64,000 bases of DNA from Heliomicrobium sp. (lineage in GTDB: Bacteria; Acidobacteriota; Blastocatellia; RBC074): NCBI GenBank assembly GCA_021155085.1, contig JAJNQA010000112.1:8378-72377 (forward strand), in the 5' to 3' direction. Positions 8,549-18,416 of the stretch are shown here, piece after piece. A program made the position numbers and the translations under genes. The first letter of the stretch is position 1. Each line of letters begins with the position of its first letter. The notes beneath the pieces are model-generated. The model had not been told where the DNA came from and searched no databases. It saw only the letters and a list, made by a program, of their open reading frames with translations.

Positions 8549-11500
8549 TCAGGGCGCAAAGTAGCCAGACACGTCAATCACCAGATCGGTCGTCAATTGC
8601 GAGTAGATATTGAACGCGCCATCCGCCGCGCCCAACCCGACCGTGAAGTGGCGATTCAAGATCTGTCCGAAGCCGAAGTTTGAGGCCGCGACCAAAGGCT
8701 GCGGAACGCCGCTGGGCCAGAAAGTCAGATACCCGCCGTTCGCGTTGATGACAGTGGCGTTGCCGACAATGGCCAGCGCTGAATTCGCAATCACCACATT
8801 GTCACAAATACCGCGCGCCAACTGGAATCGGGTGCTTCCACCCACCAGTGGAAAGACAGGCGCAAAACAGCCTGTGAATCCCTGGCGTGTTTCCAATAAC
8901 CGCACCGGTCGCGGCAACGGATTAAACATCAGGCCGGCGCCATTGGCGTCGGTGGCATCCGGACTGAAATAGCCCAGCACATCTATCACCATGTCCGTCT
9001 GCGTGGTCGGAAAGATTTTGAATTCTCCCGACGCGGACAGCCCGACGGTGAAGGGAGCATTCATAATCTGGCCGGGCAGATAATTGGAACTTGCGGCAAG
9101 CGGCCGGGTGGCATCCGCTGGAAAGAGCGTCAGATATGGGAAGCCGGGTCCATTTGAGTTGACCGTCGTTCCATTGCCGACAATGGCCCGCGCCGTCGTT
9201 GGAATTGTGACGCCGTCACAGGTCAGCCGCGCCTGCTGCGTGGTTTCCACATTGCCTGGCAGCGGCGCGCCCGGCGCGTTACAGCCTGTGAATCCCGCGC
9301 GCGTTTCCAGCAATCGAATCGGCTTGGGCAGCGGATGAAAGTACAACCCGCCTGCTCCTGGCGGGGCGTAATAGCCTGTCACGTCAATGACAACGTGCGT
9401 CGCCGAAGTCACGAAAATATTGAATGCGCCATCTGAACTGCCCAGCCCAACAGTGAACACGTTGTTTAAAATTTCGTTCGGATTGTAGTTGGAGTTGGCA
9501 ACCAGCGGTTGCGCGGCCCCGCTGGGATAAAGCGTCAGATAGCCGCCGCCGGAATCCACCGTCGTGATGTTGCCGGTAATGGCCTGGGCGTTTGACGGAA
9601 TCGTCTGTCCACCACAGGTGCGGCGCGCCGTCTGCGTGCGTGAAGTGCCCGCGGAAATTGGCGCGCCAGGAGCGTCGCATCCCGTTTGCCCCGGGCGTGT
9701 GTCCAGCAGTCGAACCGGCGCGGCAAGCGGATAAAACAACAACCGGCTGACAACCAGCGAATAAGCGCGCGTGCCCGTGCAGCCATTGGCGTCTGTTATT
9801 TGAGCGTTGAAATTGAACGTGCCGGCGTCGGTTGGCATGCCGGAAAGCACTCCGCTGCTGCTTAATGACAGCCCGCCCGGCAGCGGGCCGTTGACGGAAA
9901 ACGTTACCGGCGCGATGCCGCCGGTTTGAGTCAGTGTTTGACTGTAGGCAGTGCTGACGGAAGCCGCGGGCAAAGTCGCCGGGTTGATCGTAATCACCGG
10001 GCAATTGATGGTCAGCGTGTAATTGCGGCTATCCGTGCAGCCGCTGGCGTCCACCACCGTTACCATGAAATTGAAATTTCCTGTTTGTGTCGGCGTCCCC
10101 GTCAGCGTGTCGCCTATCAGCATTAACCCTGCCGGAACCATGCCCGAAAGACTGTAATTGACGGGAGCCGCGCCGCCGGTTTGCGTGAAAGTTTGGCTGT
10201 AGGGAGTGTTGACGGTACCGGCATTCAGTGTGGGCGGAGTGATCGTGATATTGCCGCAGCCGTTGGCAACGCAACATATGGGCACTGAAGTGGTGATCGT
10301 CAAACTCCAACCGTTCAGCAGGTTTCCGACTTCTTCATCAGCGTCATCCACCACGTACAGCGACCAGTTGCCGTTGGGAACTCCGCCATTGAACACCGAC
10401 AAACGGGGATTTAGATATGGGCCGGCAGGTGCGGGCGAGGGGAAAATATCCGTCAGTCCGCCGTAATCGGCCGGACTGTAGGTGCCACTGGTAATTGCCG
10501 TCGCATCCGGGATGGGCACGCCGGAATCATCGAACGTGAGGAATCCGCCGGTGATGTCGGTGTTCCCTCCCGCGTCCGACATCAGAACCACGGCCTGGCC
10601 GGCCGGATTGACCAGGAGAATATCCACATCGTCGGGGAACGTGTGATTCACATTGTTCAGTGTGACGGTCACCTTGCTGATTGCGCCGTTCAGCCCTGAG
10701 ACATTGATCGCTGATGGATAAGGCGCCGCCGCGCCGGATGTCGCCGCCGGAGCGCCGCCTGGAATTGTGATCGAAGCATTGTTGGTAAACGTCGTCGTAT
10801 TTGTGATCGCCGCGCCCAGAGGAATGTTAAACGTGACCGAGCCTAAATTATTCGCGCCGTCCTGCAACGACAGTGTCGCCGCCAGCGTGCCGCCGCATAA
10901 TCCGCCCGCCGTAAAAGTAAATGGCATTGACGCCGATGCGCCGCCGGCAGGCAGCACGCCGTAGGTTTGCGAGGCGCTCGGATTGAGCACGCCACCGCCC
11001 GGTTGCAGCGTCGCAACCAAATTAGCGGTGCCCGCGGTGCCGACGTTCCGCAAGGTGAAATTGACCGTCACCGTTTCGCCCGGATCAACCGCGTTGTTGC
11101 CAGGAGCGCAACTTTCGGCAGTCACCGTTGAGCCAACGGTTTCGACCACCGGCAAAGGCGTCAACACGGCGTTGCTGACGACCAACGCAAAATCCTGATC
11201 AAGCGCTCCGCCGGAATTCGGCACGCCATCTCCGGCAATGCTGGCGGCGGTGATTTTGACGACGAAAGGCCCGGTCCCCCCTGCCGGGATAAAGACGCTC
11301 TCCGCATTATTACGAGGATCGGCAGCGCCACCCGTGACCGAAAGCGCGCCGCTGAAAACATTTCCCAAATAGGTCTGTCCGCCCACAGTCACTTCCAGAT
11401 TCAAGTTGTTGACCCAGGCATTGCCAACGGTCGAACCCGGCGCGTCTGACCAGGCCACGGTCACGCGGAACGGTTTGGTCGAATCGCTGATCATTCCCGC

Positions 11501-13741
11501 GTAAAGCCGTGTTTGCCCGGAAGCCGTGAACGTGTCCGGGGAAAGTTGATCGCGCAAAATCCCCGGCGTGGTCAGCACACTGAAGGCCGATGTCAGATTG
11601 ACCTCTCCCATGCCCTGCGCGTTCGACCATAGGTTGTCATTTGCTCCGGCGCCATTCAGATAACGCGCGGAATTCATCAGCACGGCTTTGGTCATGGCCG
11701 GGCTTGGCGGCGCTTGTCCCTGGTTAATGAATTGCTGCCGCACCAATGCCGCAGCGCCGGCAACTGCCGGCGTGGAATGGCTGGTGCCGGAAGAAGCAGT
11801 GTAAAACTGCTGCCCCCCTGGAAAGAAGACGCTGTTTGCGCCGCCGCAAACTCCGCCGCCGGTGTAACACGAACTCGGCTGTCCGTTGGCCGGCGACGAG
11901 GTTGAAAATTGCGGCACGCCGCCAGTGATGTGCGTGCCAGGCGCAACGATCTCAGGTTTCCTGCGCCCGTCAGTCGTCGGCCCGCGCCCGGAAAAATCCG
12001 CCATATCGTTGGCGTTGTTCGCGCCTGCATCGTCAATCTGGCAGGCATCCGTGCCGCCGATGGCCCGGACGTTTTCCGCCGCACCGACCGTGATGACGTT
12101 TTTCGCCGATCCCGGCGAGTTGACGGAATTGGAGCTGGGTCCCTGATTGCCGGCGGCAAAGACAATCACCATTTCCTGATTTCCGGCCTGCGGAAAGACT
12201 GCGCCGGCAGGCTGCGCGTCGCGGACAAGCGCGTCATAAGCCTGAGCGTCAATGTTGTACCCGCCATTGACGCTTGACCCCCAACTGTTGCTGCTGATGC
12301 GCGCGTTGTCGTTGTAGGCTTTCGATTCGACGTTCACCAGATTCGGAAACGTGTAGTTTCTGGGATCGAAAATGACCGTCGCACCGACTTTGACGAAGGG
12401 CGCGACTCCCAAACCGTACCGAAAGTTTCCGGCGTCAATGTGCGGGAAAGCGTTAAATGGGGAAAGGGAGGGGACAAATCCAGCCAGGATGTGCGCATTC
12501 AAATTCCCATGCCCATCACATCCCTGAACTGTGCTGTTGTTATTCGGCGTGCCTTCCAACCGGTTGTAAATAACACGGCTGGCATTCGCCGTATTGCCGC
12601 TGGTGTACAGCGCAAAGTGATTCGGCGTCGCCGTCCCATTATCAATGCCGCTGTCAGAGATGTTGACGGCAAAATTGGAAGCTGCGAATTGCGATTGCGT
12701 CAGGCCCTGCGCGTCCAGGTAATTCAGGTAATCTCCCGGCGAAGGCGAGCCGCCGTTCAGATTCCCGGCCATGATCACACTCTGCCGTTCGTCGGATTTC
12801 GTCGGCTCGACGTAGCGCATCACGGAAACGACATCCGAACGCAAAGCGATTTGCCGTTCAACCGCCGCAACCGGCAATTTCACGATCACATTGACGTAGT
12901 CCAGCACCGCAAATTGGCTGCGAATCGGCTCCGCTTTCAAATTGGTAATTGCCTGCAGCGTGGATTGATTCCCCTGTCCATCGGCAACCAACTGAACGGC
13001 AAAAAGTTCCTCTTTGCTCTCTCCGGCGGGCGAATTGTCGTTGCGGCGTTCGGCGTAAATGGCAGGATCAATCTTCAAGGCCGGATCGTATTCGCCGTCC
13101 CACTGAACGTAATCGGCGCGCGCCGTCCACTCCCGAAAGCGCGCCAGATTCCGGCCGCCGGCATAAATCAGATACGCGTTGTTCGGGATGTAAGCGACAA
13201 CCTTGACGCCGGTATTGCTTAACGCCTCGTGCCACTCCGGCTTGACGGGAGCGGCAAATTGAACCAGGTAAAGTGAATCTTCCCCGCGGGGATCACTGGC
13301 GCGCCGCCCCCGCTTCTGTTGTAACTCCGGACTCGTCGTATCCAGGGTTCCGGCATTGAGCAGTAGCAGATTATCTTCATCGCTGAGACTGACAGATTCA
13401 TTACCCGTCAGCGCCTGAGCCATCTTGTCGTCGGCGCTGAAAATGTGAAAAGCATCGTATTCGGCGATCAACCGGGCCCCGCGCCGTTTCAGTTCCGCGG
13501 CCAGTTGCGCATCCGCGACGCGCAGTTTGTGTTTACCGCTTGCACTGCGGTAACCAGTCCATTGCTGCGTGACCCGGGCCTGACTAGACGCCTGCCGCGG
13601 CTGTTGCCGCGCAGCGCGTGAAGAACTCTGCCATACCACAATAAATCCAAAGGCAATCGTCAAAGTCAGACTCAAAAAAAATACGGCACGAAGGCTGGAC
13701 CGGCGATGAACTAGGTTCGCGGGAAAGCGTGGAATCAGCAT
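8549..13741 (-). CDS. Giant secreted subtilisin-like (S8) serine peptidase (1730 aa) with a proprotein-convertase P-domain, Ig-like domains and a C-terminal triplicated unknown domain
   Basis: N-terminal signal anchor. Catalytic triad motifs DSGID, HGNLNAHILAG and GTSHSTP. P-domain (VTVTLNNVNHTFPDDVDILLVNPAGQ). Two Ig-like repeats (ITI.P.TL...YSQT.TQTGG). Three ~130-aa repeats fill the C-terminus. Confidence 0.85.
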   Translation of the reverse strand: MLIPRFPANLVHRRSSLRAVFFLSLTLTIAFGFIVVWQSSSRAARQQPRQASSQARVTQQWTGYRSASGKHKLRVADAQLAAELKRRGARLIAEYDAFHIFSADDKMAQALTGNESVSLSDEDNLLLLNAGTLDTTSPELQQKRGRRASDPRGEDSLYLVQFAAPVKPEWHEALSNTGVKVVAYIPNNAYLIYAGGRNLARFREWTARADYVQWDGEYDPALKIDPAIYAERRNDNSPAGESKEELFAVQLVADGQGNQSTLQAITNLKAEPIRSQFAVLDYVNVIVKLPVAAVERQIALRSDVVSVMRYVEPTKSDERQSVIMAGNLNGGSPSPGDYLNYLDAQGLTQSQFAASNFAVNISDSGIDNGTATPNHFALYTSGNTANASRVIYNRLEGTPNNNSTVQGCDGHGNLNAHILAGFVPSLSPFNAFPHIDAGNFRYGLGVAPFVKVGATVIFDPRNYTFPNLVNVESKAYNDNARISSNSWGSSVNGGYNIDAQAYDALVRDAQPAGAVFPQAGNQEMVIVFAAGNQGPSSNSVNSPGSAKNVITVGAAENVRAIGGTDACQIDDAGANNANDMADFSGRGPTTDGRRKPEIVAPGTHITGGVPQFSTSSPANGQPSSCYTGGGVCGGANSVFFPGGQQFYTASSGTSHSTPAVAGAAALVRQQFINQGQAPPSPAMTKAVLMNSARYLNGAGANDNLWSNAQGMGEVNLTSAFSVLTTPGILRDQLSPDTFTASGQTRLYAGMISDSTKPFRVTVAWSDAPGSTVGNAWVNNLNLEVTVGGQTYLGNVFSGALSVTGGAADPRNNAESVFIPAGGTGPFVVKITAASIAGDGVPNSGGALDQDFALVVSNAVLTPLPVVETVGSTVTAESCAPGNNAVDPGETVTVNFTLRNVGTAGTANLVATLQPGGGVLNPSASQTYGVLPAGGASASMPFTFTAGGLCGGTLAATLSLQDGANNLGSVTFNIPLGAAITNTTTFTNNASITIPGGAPAATSGAAAPYPSAINVSGLNGAISKVTVTLNNVNHTFPDDVDILLVNPAGQAVVLMSDAGGNTDITGGFLTFDDSGVPIPDATAITSGTYSPADYGGLTDIFPSPAPAGPYLNPRLSVFNGGVPNGNWSLYVVDDADEEVGNLLNGWSLTITTSVPICCVANGCGNITITPPTLNAGTVNTPYSQTFTQTGGAAPVNYSLSGMVPAGLMLIGDTLTGTPTQTGNFNFMVTVVDASGCTDSRNYTLTINCPVITINPATLPAASVSTAYSQTLTQTGGIAPVTFSVNGPLPGGLSLSSSGVLSGMPTDAGTFNFNAQITDANGCTGTRAYSLVVSRLLFYPLAAPVRLLDTRPGQTGCDAPGAPISAGTSRTQTARRTCGGQTIPSNAQAITGNITTVDSGGGYLTLYPSGAAQPLVANSNYNPNEILNNVFTVGLGSSDGAFNIFVTSATHVVIDVTGYYAPPGAGGLYFHPLPKPIRLLETRAGFTGCNAPGAPLPGNVETTQQARLTCDGVTIPTTARAIVGNGTTVNSNGPGFPYLTLFPADATRPLAASSNYLPGQIMNAPFTVGLSASGEFKIFPTTQTDMVIDVLGYFSPDATDANGAGLMFNPLPRPVRLLETRQGFTGCFAPVFPLVGGSTRFQLARGICDNVVIANSALAIVGNATVINANGGYLTFWPSGVPQPLVAASNFGFGQILNRHFTVGLGAADGAFNIYSQLTTDLVIDVSGYFAP
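8552..9742 (-). repeat. Intragenic tandem triplication, in three units of about 378, 417 and 396 nt, encoding the C-terminal repeated domain of the subtilase
   Basis: The protein repeats share a conserved motif (see the subtilase C-terminal triplication finding) and all three align along their length. Antisense ORFs at 8610 and 9084 mirror the periodicity. Confidence 0.75.
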
Positions 13742-14284
13742 GTCAAATACGTCTCTCTTGGTTCAGGGTTAATTTCTATCCGTCCACAATCAAACTGCTC
13801 CTTGGAAAAAACATCCATTGCCGCAAGGGTGTTTGCACACACGTGCAGAAACAACGCCGATTGTCAGGTGCAGATTTTGCCTGTGATCCAGTGATGAGAA
13901 CCGATCCATGACCATTGAAAAACATACTGCCGCAGCCACGGATTCGTTTCGATTACGTTTGAAGACTTGATGCGCTAGCCAGACTGCGAAGCAAATCGTT
14001 CAGCCGACCGCTGTCATGGGAGAGGATCGCTTCGATTTCAATGCCGGTGTGAGTGAAGTCCGCTAACGCGCGCGAGTGTACCGAAAACGCCTGAAGACAG
14101 TCAACTTAGGCAGCGGGCAAAGGTATGGCGAATCGGTTCTTCTGTGGTAGTATTCGTCACGCTTGTCACAAGCGATCATCCGTTGTAATCAATATCGCCA
14201 TCATTGAATTTGAGATTGAACTATCCGTCGAGAGCCGAACGCTCCATGAGCGCCGGTGAGCGAGTCAATTGAGGAGGTCTTCAG

Positions 14285-15376
14285 ATGCTGATCTGCCCTG
14301 TCTGCCGTAGCCAGAACATGGACACGGCGAAATTTTGCGGCAATTGCGGAAACCCGTTTCCGCGTCCTTCGATGCCGACATCGTCATTAATCAACTGCCC
14401 GCAGGGACACGTCTACAGTGCCGTGTACCAGTTCTGCCCGTACTGCCCGCAGCCGGAATCCGTGCCACAAATCAGCTCACAGCCTGATTTCGCGACGCGC
14501 ATTGAAGAACCGGTGACGGCCATCGAACCGCCAAGTCCGCGCCCAGTGACGGCGCAGATGGATTTCAGTACGCGTGTCGGAGAACCCTACGCGACGAATT
14601 TTGAAACGCGCATCAGTTCGGCCGAAATCTTTGAAACGCGCCTGAATGAGGTTGAGATCGAAGAGATTTCCATTCCTCCCGCAGGATCTGCCGGCGGGTC
14701 GGCGTCAATCACAACGATTACCGAACCGCCGCCAGCGGCGACCGAAGTCATCTCTTTTCTCGCCCAGACGACGATCTCCGAAATACCGAACGACCTATTC
14801 AAACCGGTTGCCGGATCATCATCCACCACGCTGGAAATACCAATTCCAGCCGTCACGTCACCACCACCACCCCAGGCTCCTCCGGTGGTGGTGCCGACGG
14901 CCGCCTCACCACCACCCTCGGCGCAGACGATCGTCTCGGCGCAAACCATCGTCGCTGATCCCGTGCCAATCGCGGCTCCGGTCAATCAGTTGCAAACATC
15001 GGCTGAAATTGATCGCCGCACGATCATCGTGGCCGATAGCGGCGCGCCGCAATCTTCTTCAAAAGGCAAGATTGTCGGCTGGCTCATCAGTTACAACCGC
15101 AATCCTGACGGTGAGGATTACCGGCTCTACGCCGGCTATAACCGCATTGGCGCAAATCCGGTCTGCGACATAGTGCTTGAAGACGAAACGGTCAGCGGTT
15201 CGCATGCCATCATCGTCTTCCGGGATGGACGATTCCTGATCAAGGACGACCTGTCGCGAAACGGCACTTTTGTGAACAGCCGCGAAATTAACGAGGCACA
15301 TCCGCTTCAAAATTACGACCAGATTCGCATTGGCAATACGTATCTGACGTTCATTGCCGCGCAACGCATCGCCTGA
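14285..15376 (+). CDS. FHA-domain protein with an N-terminal double zinc-ribbon and a Pro/Ala-rich linker
   Basis: CPVCRS...CGNCGN and CPQG...CPYCP zinc ribbons. C-terminal FHA domain (YNRIGANPVCDIVLEDETVSGSHAII...SRNGTFVN). GAGGAGG ribosome-binding site. Confidence 0.8.
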   Translation: MLICPVCRSQNMDTAKFCGNCGNPFPRPSMPTSSLINCPQGHVYSAVYQFCPYCPQPESVPQISSQPDFATRIEEPVTAIEPPSPRPVTAQMDFSTRVGEPYATNFETRISSAEIFETRLNEVEIEEISIPPAGSAGGSASITTITEPPPAATEVISFLAQTTISEIPNDLFKPVAGSSSTTLEIPIPAVTSPPPPQAPPVVVPTAASPPPSAQTIVSAQTIVADPVPIAAPVNQLQTSAEIDRRTIIVADSGAPQSSSKGKIVGWLISYNRNPDGEDYRLYAGYNRIGANPVCDIVLEDETVSGSHAIIVFRDGRFLIKDDLSRNGTFVNSREINEAHPLQNYDQIRIGNTYLTFIAAQRIA

Positions 15377-15385
15377 AGAAAGACC

Positions 15386-15454
15386 GGGAGACTGGAGGAA
15401 AAGGAGAAAGGGGATTGAAAAGCAATTCCCTCTCTTCCTTTCTCCTGGTCTCCC
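15386..15454 (+). terminator. Imperfect inverted repeat about 28 bp long (a purine tract followed by a pyrimidine tract) between the FHA and PP2C genes. Probably a terminator or attenuator-like hairpin.
   Basis: Left arm GGGAGACTGGAGGAAAAGGAGAAAGGGGA, a 12-nt loop, then right arm TCCCTCTCTTCCTTTCTCCTGGTCTCCC. It starts 10 nt after the FHA stop codon. Confidence 0.4.
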
Positions 15455-15493
15455 ATCCTCGCATCCGACCCCCCAAATGCCCACTGACCAAGT

Positions 15494-16258
15494 ATGCGTC
15501 AGCAGATCATCATCGCACATCGCACAGACACTGGACTTGAGCGAAAAGACAATGAAGATGCGATCAGCTACGTCGGCGACGAACGCAGCGGATGTCATTT
15601 AATTGTCCTTGCTGATGGGCTGGGCGGTGCGGCTTGTGGCCAGGTGGCCAGTCAACTTGCGGTGCAGACGATTCGTCAAAGTTTTTTCAGCACGGCGGAT
15701 TCGGAATTTTCAATCCACGATCGTCTCGCGCTGGCAATCGCCGAGGCCAATCGCCTGATCTTCCACCGTTCCACTCATGATCGTCACTGCCGTGGAATGG
15801 GTTCGACGTGCGCTGCCCTGGCGCTGTGTGATGACACGGCCCACGTTGCTCACGTTGGCGACAGCCGTGTCTACCTGCTTCGTGATGGGCGAATACGCCA
15901 ATTGACCCGCGATCATTCACGAGTTCAGCGAATGCTTGATGATGGGTTGATTACTGAAGAAGAAGCTGCAAATCATCCTGACCGCGACTGGCTTGACCGC
16001 GCGCTCGGTTTGCGCGAATACATCCTGCCGGATTTATTGACCGAACCAATTCGGCTGCGCCTGGAAGACACCTTTGTTGTCTGCACCGATGGGCTGACCA
16101 ATCTGGTGCGAGACGAAGAGATTTTTCGCCTTGTCCAGTACGCGCCCACCGCTCATGCCTGCGAAGCGCTGATTGCACTGGCCAATGAACGCGGCGGCAG
16201 CGACAACATCACCGTCGCCATCGCGCGTGTGGGCGCGGACATTACACTTACGTTCTGA
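15494..16258 (+). CDS. PP2C-family Ser/Thr protein phosphatase (Stp-like)
   Basis: RTDTGLERKDNEDA...VLADGLGG...GDSR...CTDGL...GGSDNITV are metal-binding PP2C motifs. Confidence 0.85.
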   Translation: MRQQIIIAHRTDTGLERKDNEDAISYVGDERSGCHLIVLADGLGGAACGQVASQLAVQTIRQSFFSTADSEFSIHDRLALAIAEANRLIFHRSTHDRHCRGMGSTCAALALCDDTAHVAHVGDSRVYLLRDGRIRQLTRDHSRVQRMLDDGLITEEEAANHPDRDWLDRALGLREYILPDLLTEPIRLRLEDTFVVCTDGLTNLVRDEEIFRLVQYAPTAHACEALIALANERGGSDNITVAIARVGADITLTF

Positions 16259-16268
16259 CCATCCAATT

Positions 16269-16886
16269 ATGACTACACTGCTCATCGCCACGTCCAATCC
16301 GGGCAAAGTGGCGGAGATCGCTTCCCTGCTTGAGGGACTGAACTGCCGCCTCATTGGTTTGGGCGACCTCCCTGAAGCTCCGCCAATTGTCGAAGAAACC
16401 GGCGCAACCTTTGCCGAGAATGCCCTCCTCAAGGCAGAGTATTACCATCGCCTGACTGGCCTGCCGACGCTGGCGGACGATTCGGGGCTCGAAGTGGATG
16501 CGCTTGATGGCCGACCCGGAGTTTACTCAGCCCGTTACGGCAGCGAAGGCATGACCAGCGCTGAACAAATTGAATTGTTACTTGACGAAATGAAGGACGC
16601 GCCGGATACACGGCGGAAAGCCAGGTTCGTTTGCTGTGTGGCAGTATTCGGGATGGTGGCGGGGAAAGAGATCGAACAGATTTTTGAAGACCGGTGCGAA
16701 GGCAGAATCGCTCGCCGGCCGCGCGGGAGCGGCGGCTTCGGCTACGACCCAATCTTCATTGACGAGGAAACCGGACACACCTTTGCGGAACTGACGCCGG
16801 AAGAAAAAGCATTGCGCAGCCATCGCGGCAAAGCCTTGCAACATACGCGTGAGTTTTTGGTTGAGTGCTTACAAAAAGAAAATTGA
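16269..16886 (+). CDS. rdgB: Non-canonical purine NTP pyrophosphatase (RdgB/HAM1 family, dITP/XTP pyrophosphatase)
   Basis: MTTLLIATSNPGKVAEI...ADDSGLEVDAL...GFGYDPIF. ATG at 16269; the upstream in-frame extension overlaps the PP2C gene. Confidence 0.8.
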   Translation: MTTLLIATSNPGKVAEIASLLEGLNCRLIGLGDLPEAPPIVEETGATFAENALLKAEYYHRLTGLPTLADDSGLEVDALDGRPGVYSARYGSEGMTSAEQIELLLDEMKDAPDTRRKARFVCCVAVFGMVAGKEIEQIFEDRCEGRIARRPRGSGGFGYDPIFIDEETGHTFAELTPEEKALRSHRGKALQHTREFLVECLQKEN

Positions 16887-16974
16887 GAAACAACCCGGAG
16901 TTCGAACTTGAACCTGCTAACGGCAACCGAACAGGCTCAAGCCTGAAACTCCCTGCTCTTTCTTGAAGATCTGC

Positions 16975-17385
16975 TCAGCCTGCGTGAATCAGTGTTTTCA
17001 GTTCCTTGCCGAACTTAACATCAATTTTGCTGGCCCGGACTTCTATCACGATACCCAAACCGAACTTCTGGTGCTCAAGCCGGTCCCCTACGGCAAAGCG
17101 CGCCTGCATGGAATAAGCACGCAACGGGCCAACGGCTTCGACCATCGAGGCGGAATCTTTTCTGGTTCCCCGCACCGTCCGCGTCGAAGTTGTTTTCGTC
17201 GCGGTTTTGCGCTCGCGGTAAATATGATTACTTCCGCAAGTGCGGCATTCCACACGCGCAATTCCACCTTTGTCATCGAGAGCCGCAATGACATGCTCCC
17301 GGACTTCTTTGCATTTTCCGCACCGAGCCTCAACATCTCCGCCCAATTGCGGACGTTTAACAATACCAAGTGATTGATTAAGCAT
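16975..17385 (-). CDS. Small protein with an N-terminal Cys4 zinc-ribbon and a C-terminal UvrD-C/Tudor-like motif
   Basis: CGKCKE...CRTCGS zinc ribbon, then FAVGDRLEHQKFGLGIVIEV...VKFG (F.GD.V.H..FG.G.V). Confidence 0.4.
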   Translation of the reverse strand: MLNQSLGIVKRPQLGGDVEARCGKCKEVREHVIAALDDKGGIARVECRTCGSNHIYRERKTATKTTSTRTVRGTRKDSASMVEAVGPLRAYSMQARFAVGDRLEHQKFGLGIVIEVRASKIDVKFGKELKTLIHAG

Positions 17386-17496
17386 TAGATTTCATTTGAA
17401 GGGCACAGGATACGCCGTGGAAGCGTACCCGTGAATTCTTTCAACATTCCTTTCATTGTCAACATTAAGCAAGCTTGAGAGGCTTGCCATTCAAGG

Positions 17497-18243
17497 CTAT
17501 TTCCCGGTCAATCCTAAGGCGACGCCTAGATTGAGACGAGCAAAATTCGCGTTCCGGCCAGCAACCGAGACTGTCAAATCCATGACACCATTATTGGCCA
17601 AAAAAGTTGGAAGTTGGAAAATCAGTTCATCTTGTCCCACAAAAAGCGGCGATGGATTTACCGATGCCACGGTGCATGGAATTCCGTTAAGTCGCACGGA
17701 GATATCACCACTGGCTTTTCCAAGTCTAAATCCCACTCCTTGCAAAATGACCAATGTCGGGCGACTTCGAGGACCAACCGGGATGGGGTCACTTGACACT
17801 ATCGTTCGATTAACTCCATCCAGTGTCCACTGCGCAAAAGGATAGAATAGTTCGGATTCACTGGCTTGATTCTGTACCAGGAGCCCCGGCCAAACCGTTG
17901 CCACGGCAATTGAAACCCGGTGAATCACATTAAATTTCGTGCGTAATTCAACTTCTCGAACTGCTCTTCCTGCTCCCTGCACAATGATTACCACTCGCGT
18001 GGGCGCAACCGACTGAATTTGCTGTAATACGCCATCAAGCCTGACCGTGACCCCCCCCAGCGAAGTTGGGGCAAAAATCGGATCATTTTCCTCTACATCG
18101 GTGAAACTTTGGCCTTCAATCAAAGCCAATGTTTGACGCGCCACTGGCGCATCTGGATTCAATAGATTACTAACCGTAATGGTCTGAGCCGTGGCGCCCA
18201 GGCTGAGTAACAGAAACAAACCCACGAATAAAACAGAACGCAT
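17497..18243 (-). CDS. Secreted hypothetical protein with two TIGR03437-like (Solibacter-type, IPT-like) beta repeats
   Basis: Signal peptide MRSVLFVGLFLLLSLGATAQ. Two ~100-aa repeats each end in a V.L.G...V.SV.P...V.....E....P motif. Confidence 0.4.
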   Translation of the reverse strand: MRSVLFVGLFLLLSLGATAQTITVSNLLNPDAPVARQTLALIEGQSFTDVEENDPIFAPTSLGGVTVRLDGVLQQIQSVAPTRVVIIVQGAGRAVREVELRTKFNVIHRVSIAVATVWPGLLVQNQASESELFYPFAQWTLDGVNRTIVSSDPIPVGPRSRPTLVILQGVGFRLGKASGDISVRLNGIPCTVASVNPSPLFVGQDELIFQLPTFLANNGVMDLTVSVAGRNANFARLNLGVALGLTGK

Positions 18244-18416
18244 AATTTCAATTTCACGAGTAAACGGGGGGCGATTACCGGAATTTCACAGGACTGAGTT
18301 GATTTGTCCGTCTTTTCAATCCTGCCAATTGCAATCTGGCTCTGAATCATTGGGGCAATCATCATCTGCCAGTTCGCCTGAACGTAAAGGGTAGGGCCAT
18401 CCCCTTCTCACCTGCT

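Noticed and set aside
12440-13222. Long plus-strand ORFs antisense to the subtilase gene. Similar antisense ORFs occur at 41424-42875, 38838-39902 (minus) and 62296-63648 (plus).
   Set aside because: These are typical antisense shadow ORFs in high-GC coding DNA. Their translations are Arg/Gly/Ala-rich nonsense with no motifs, and the opposite strand has clear domain-bearing genes.
16887-16975. GGAGTTCGAAC, resembling a tRNA T-arm, in the rdgB downstream spacer
   Set aside because: No acceptor, D or anticodon stems can be built around it. Only a short 5-bp hairpin (CAGGC-TCAA-GCCTG) follows, which is at best a weak terminator.
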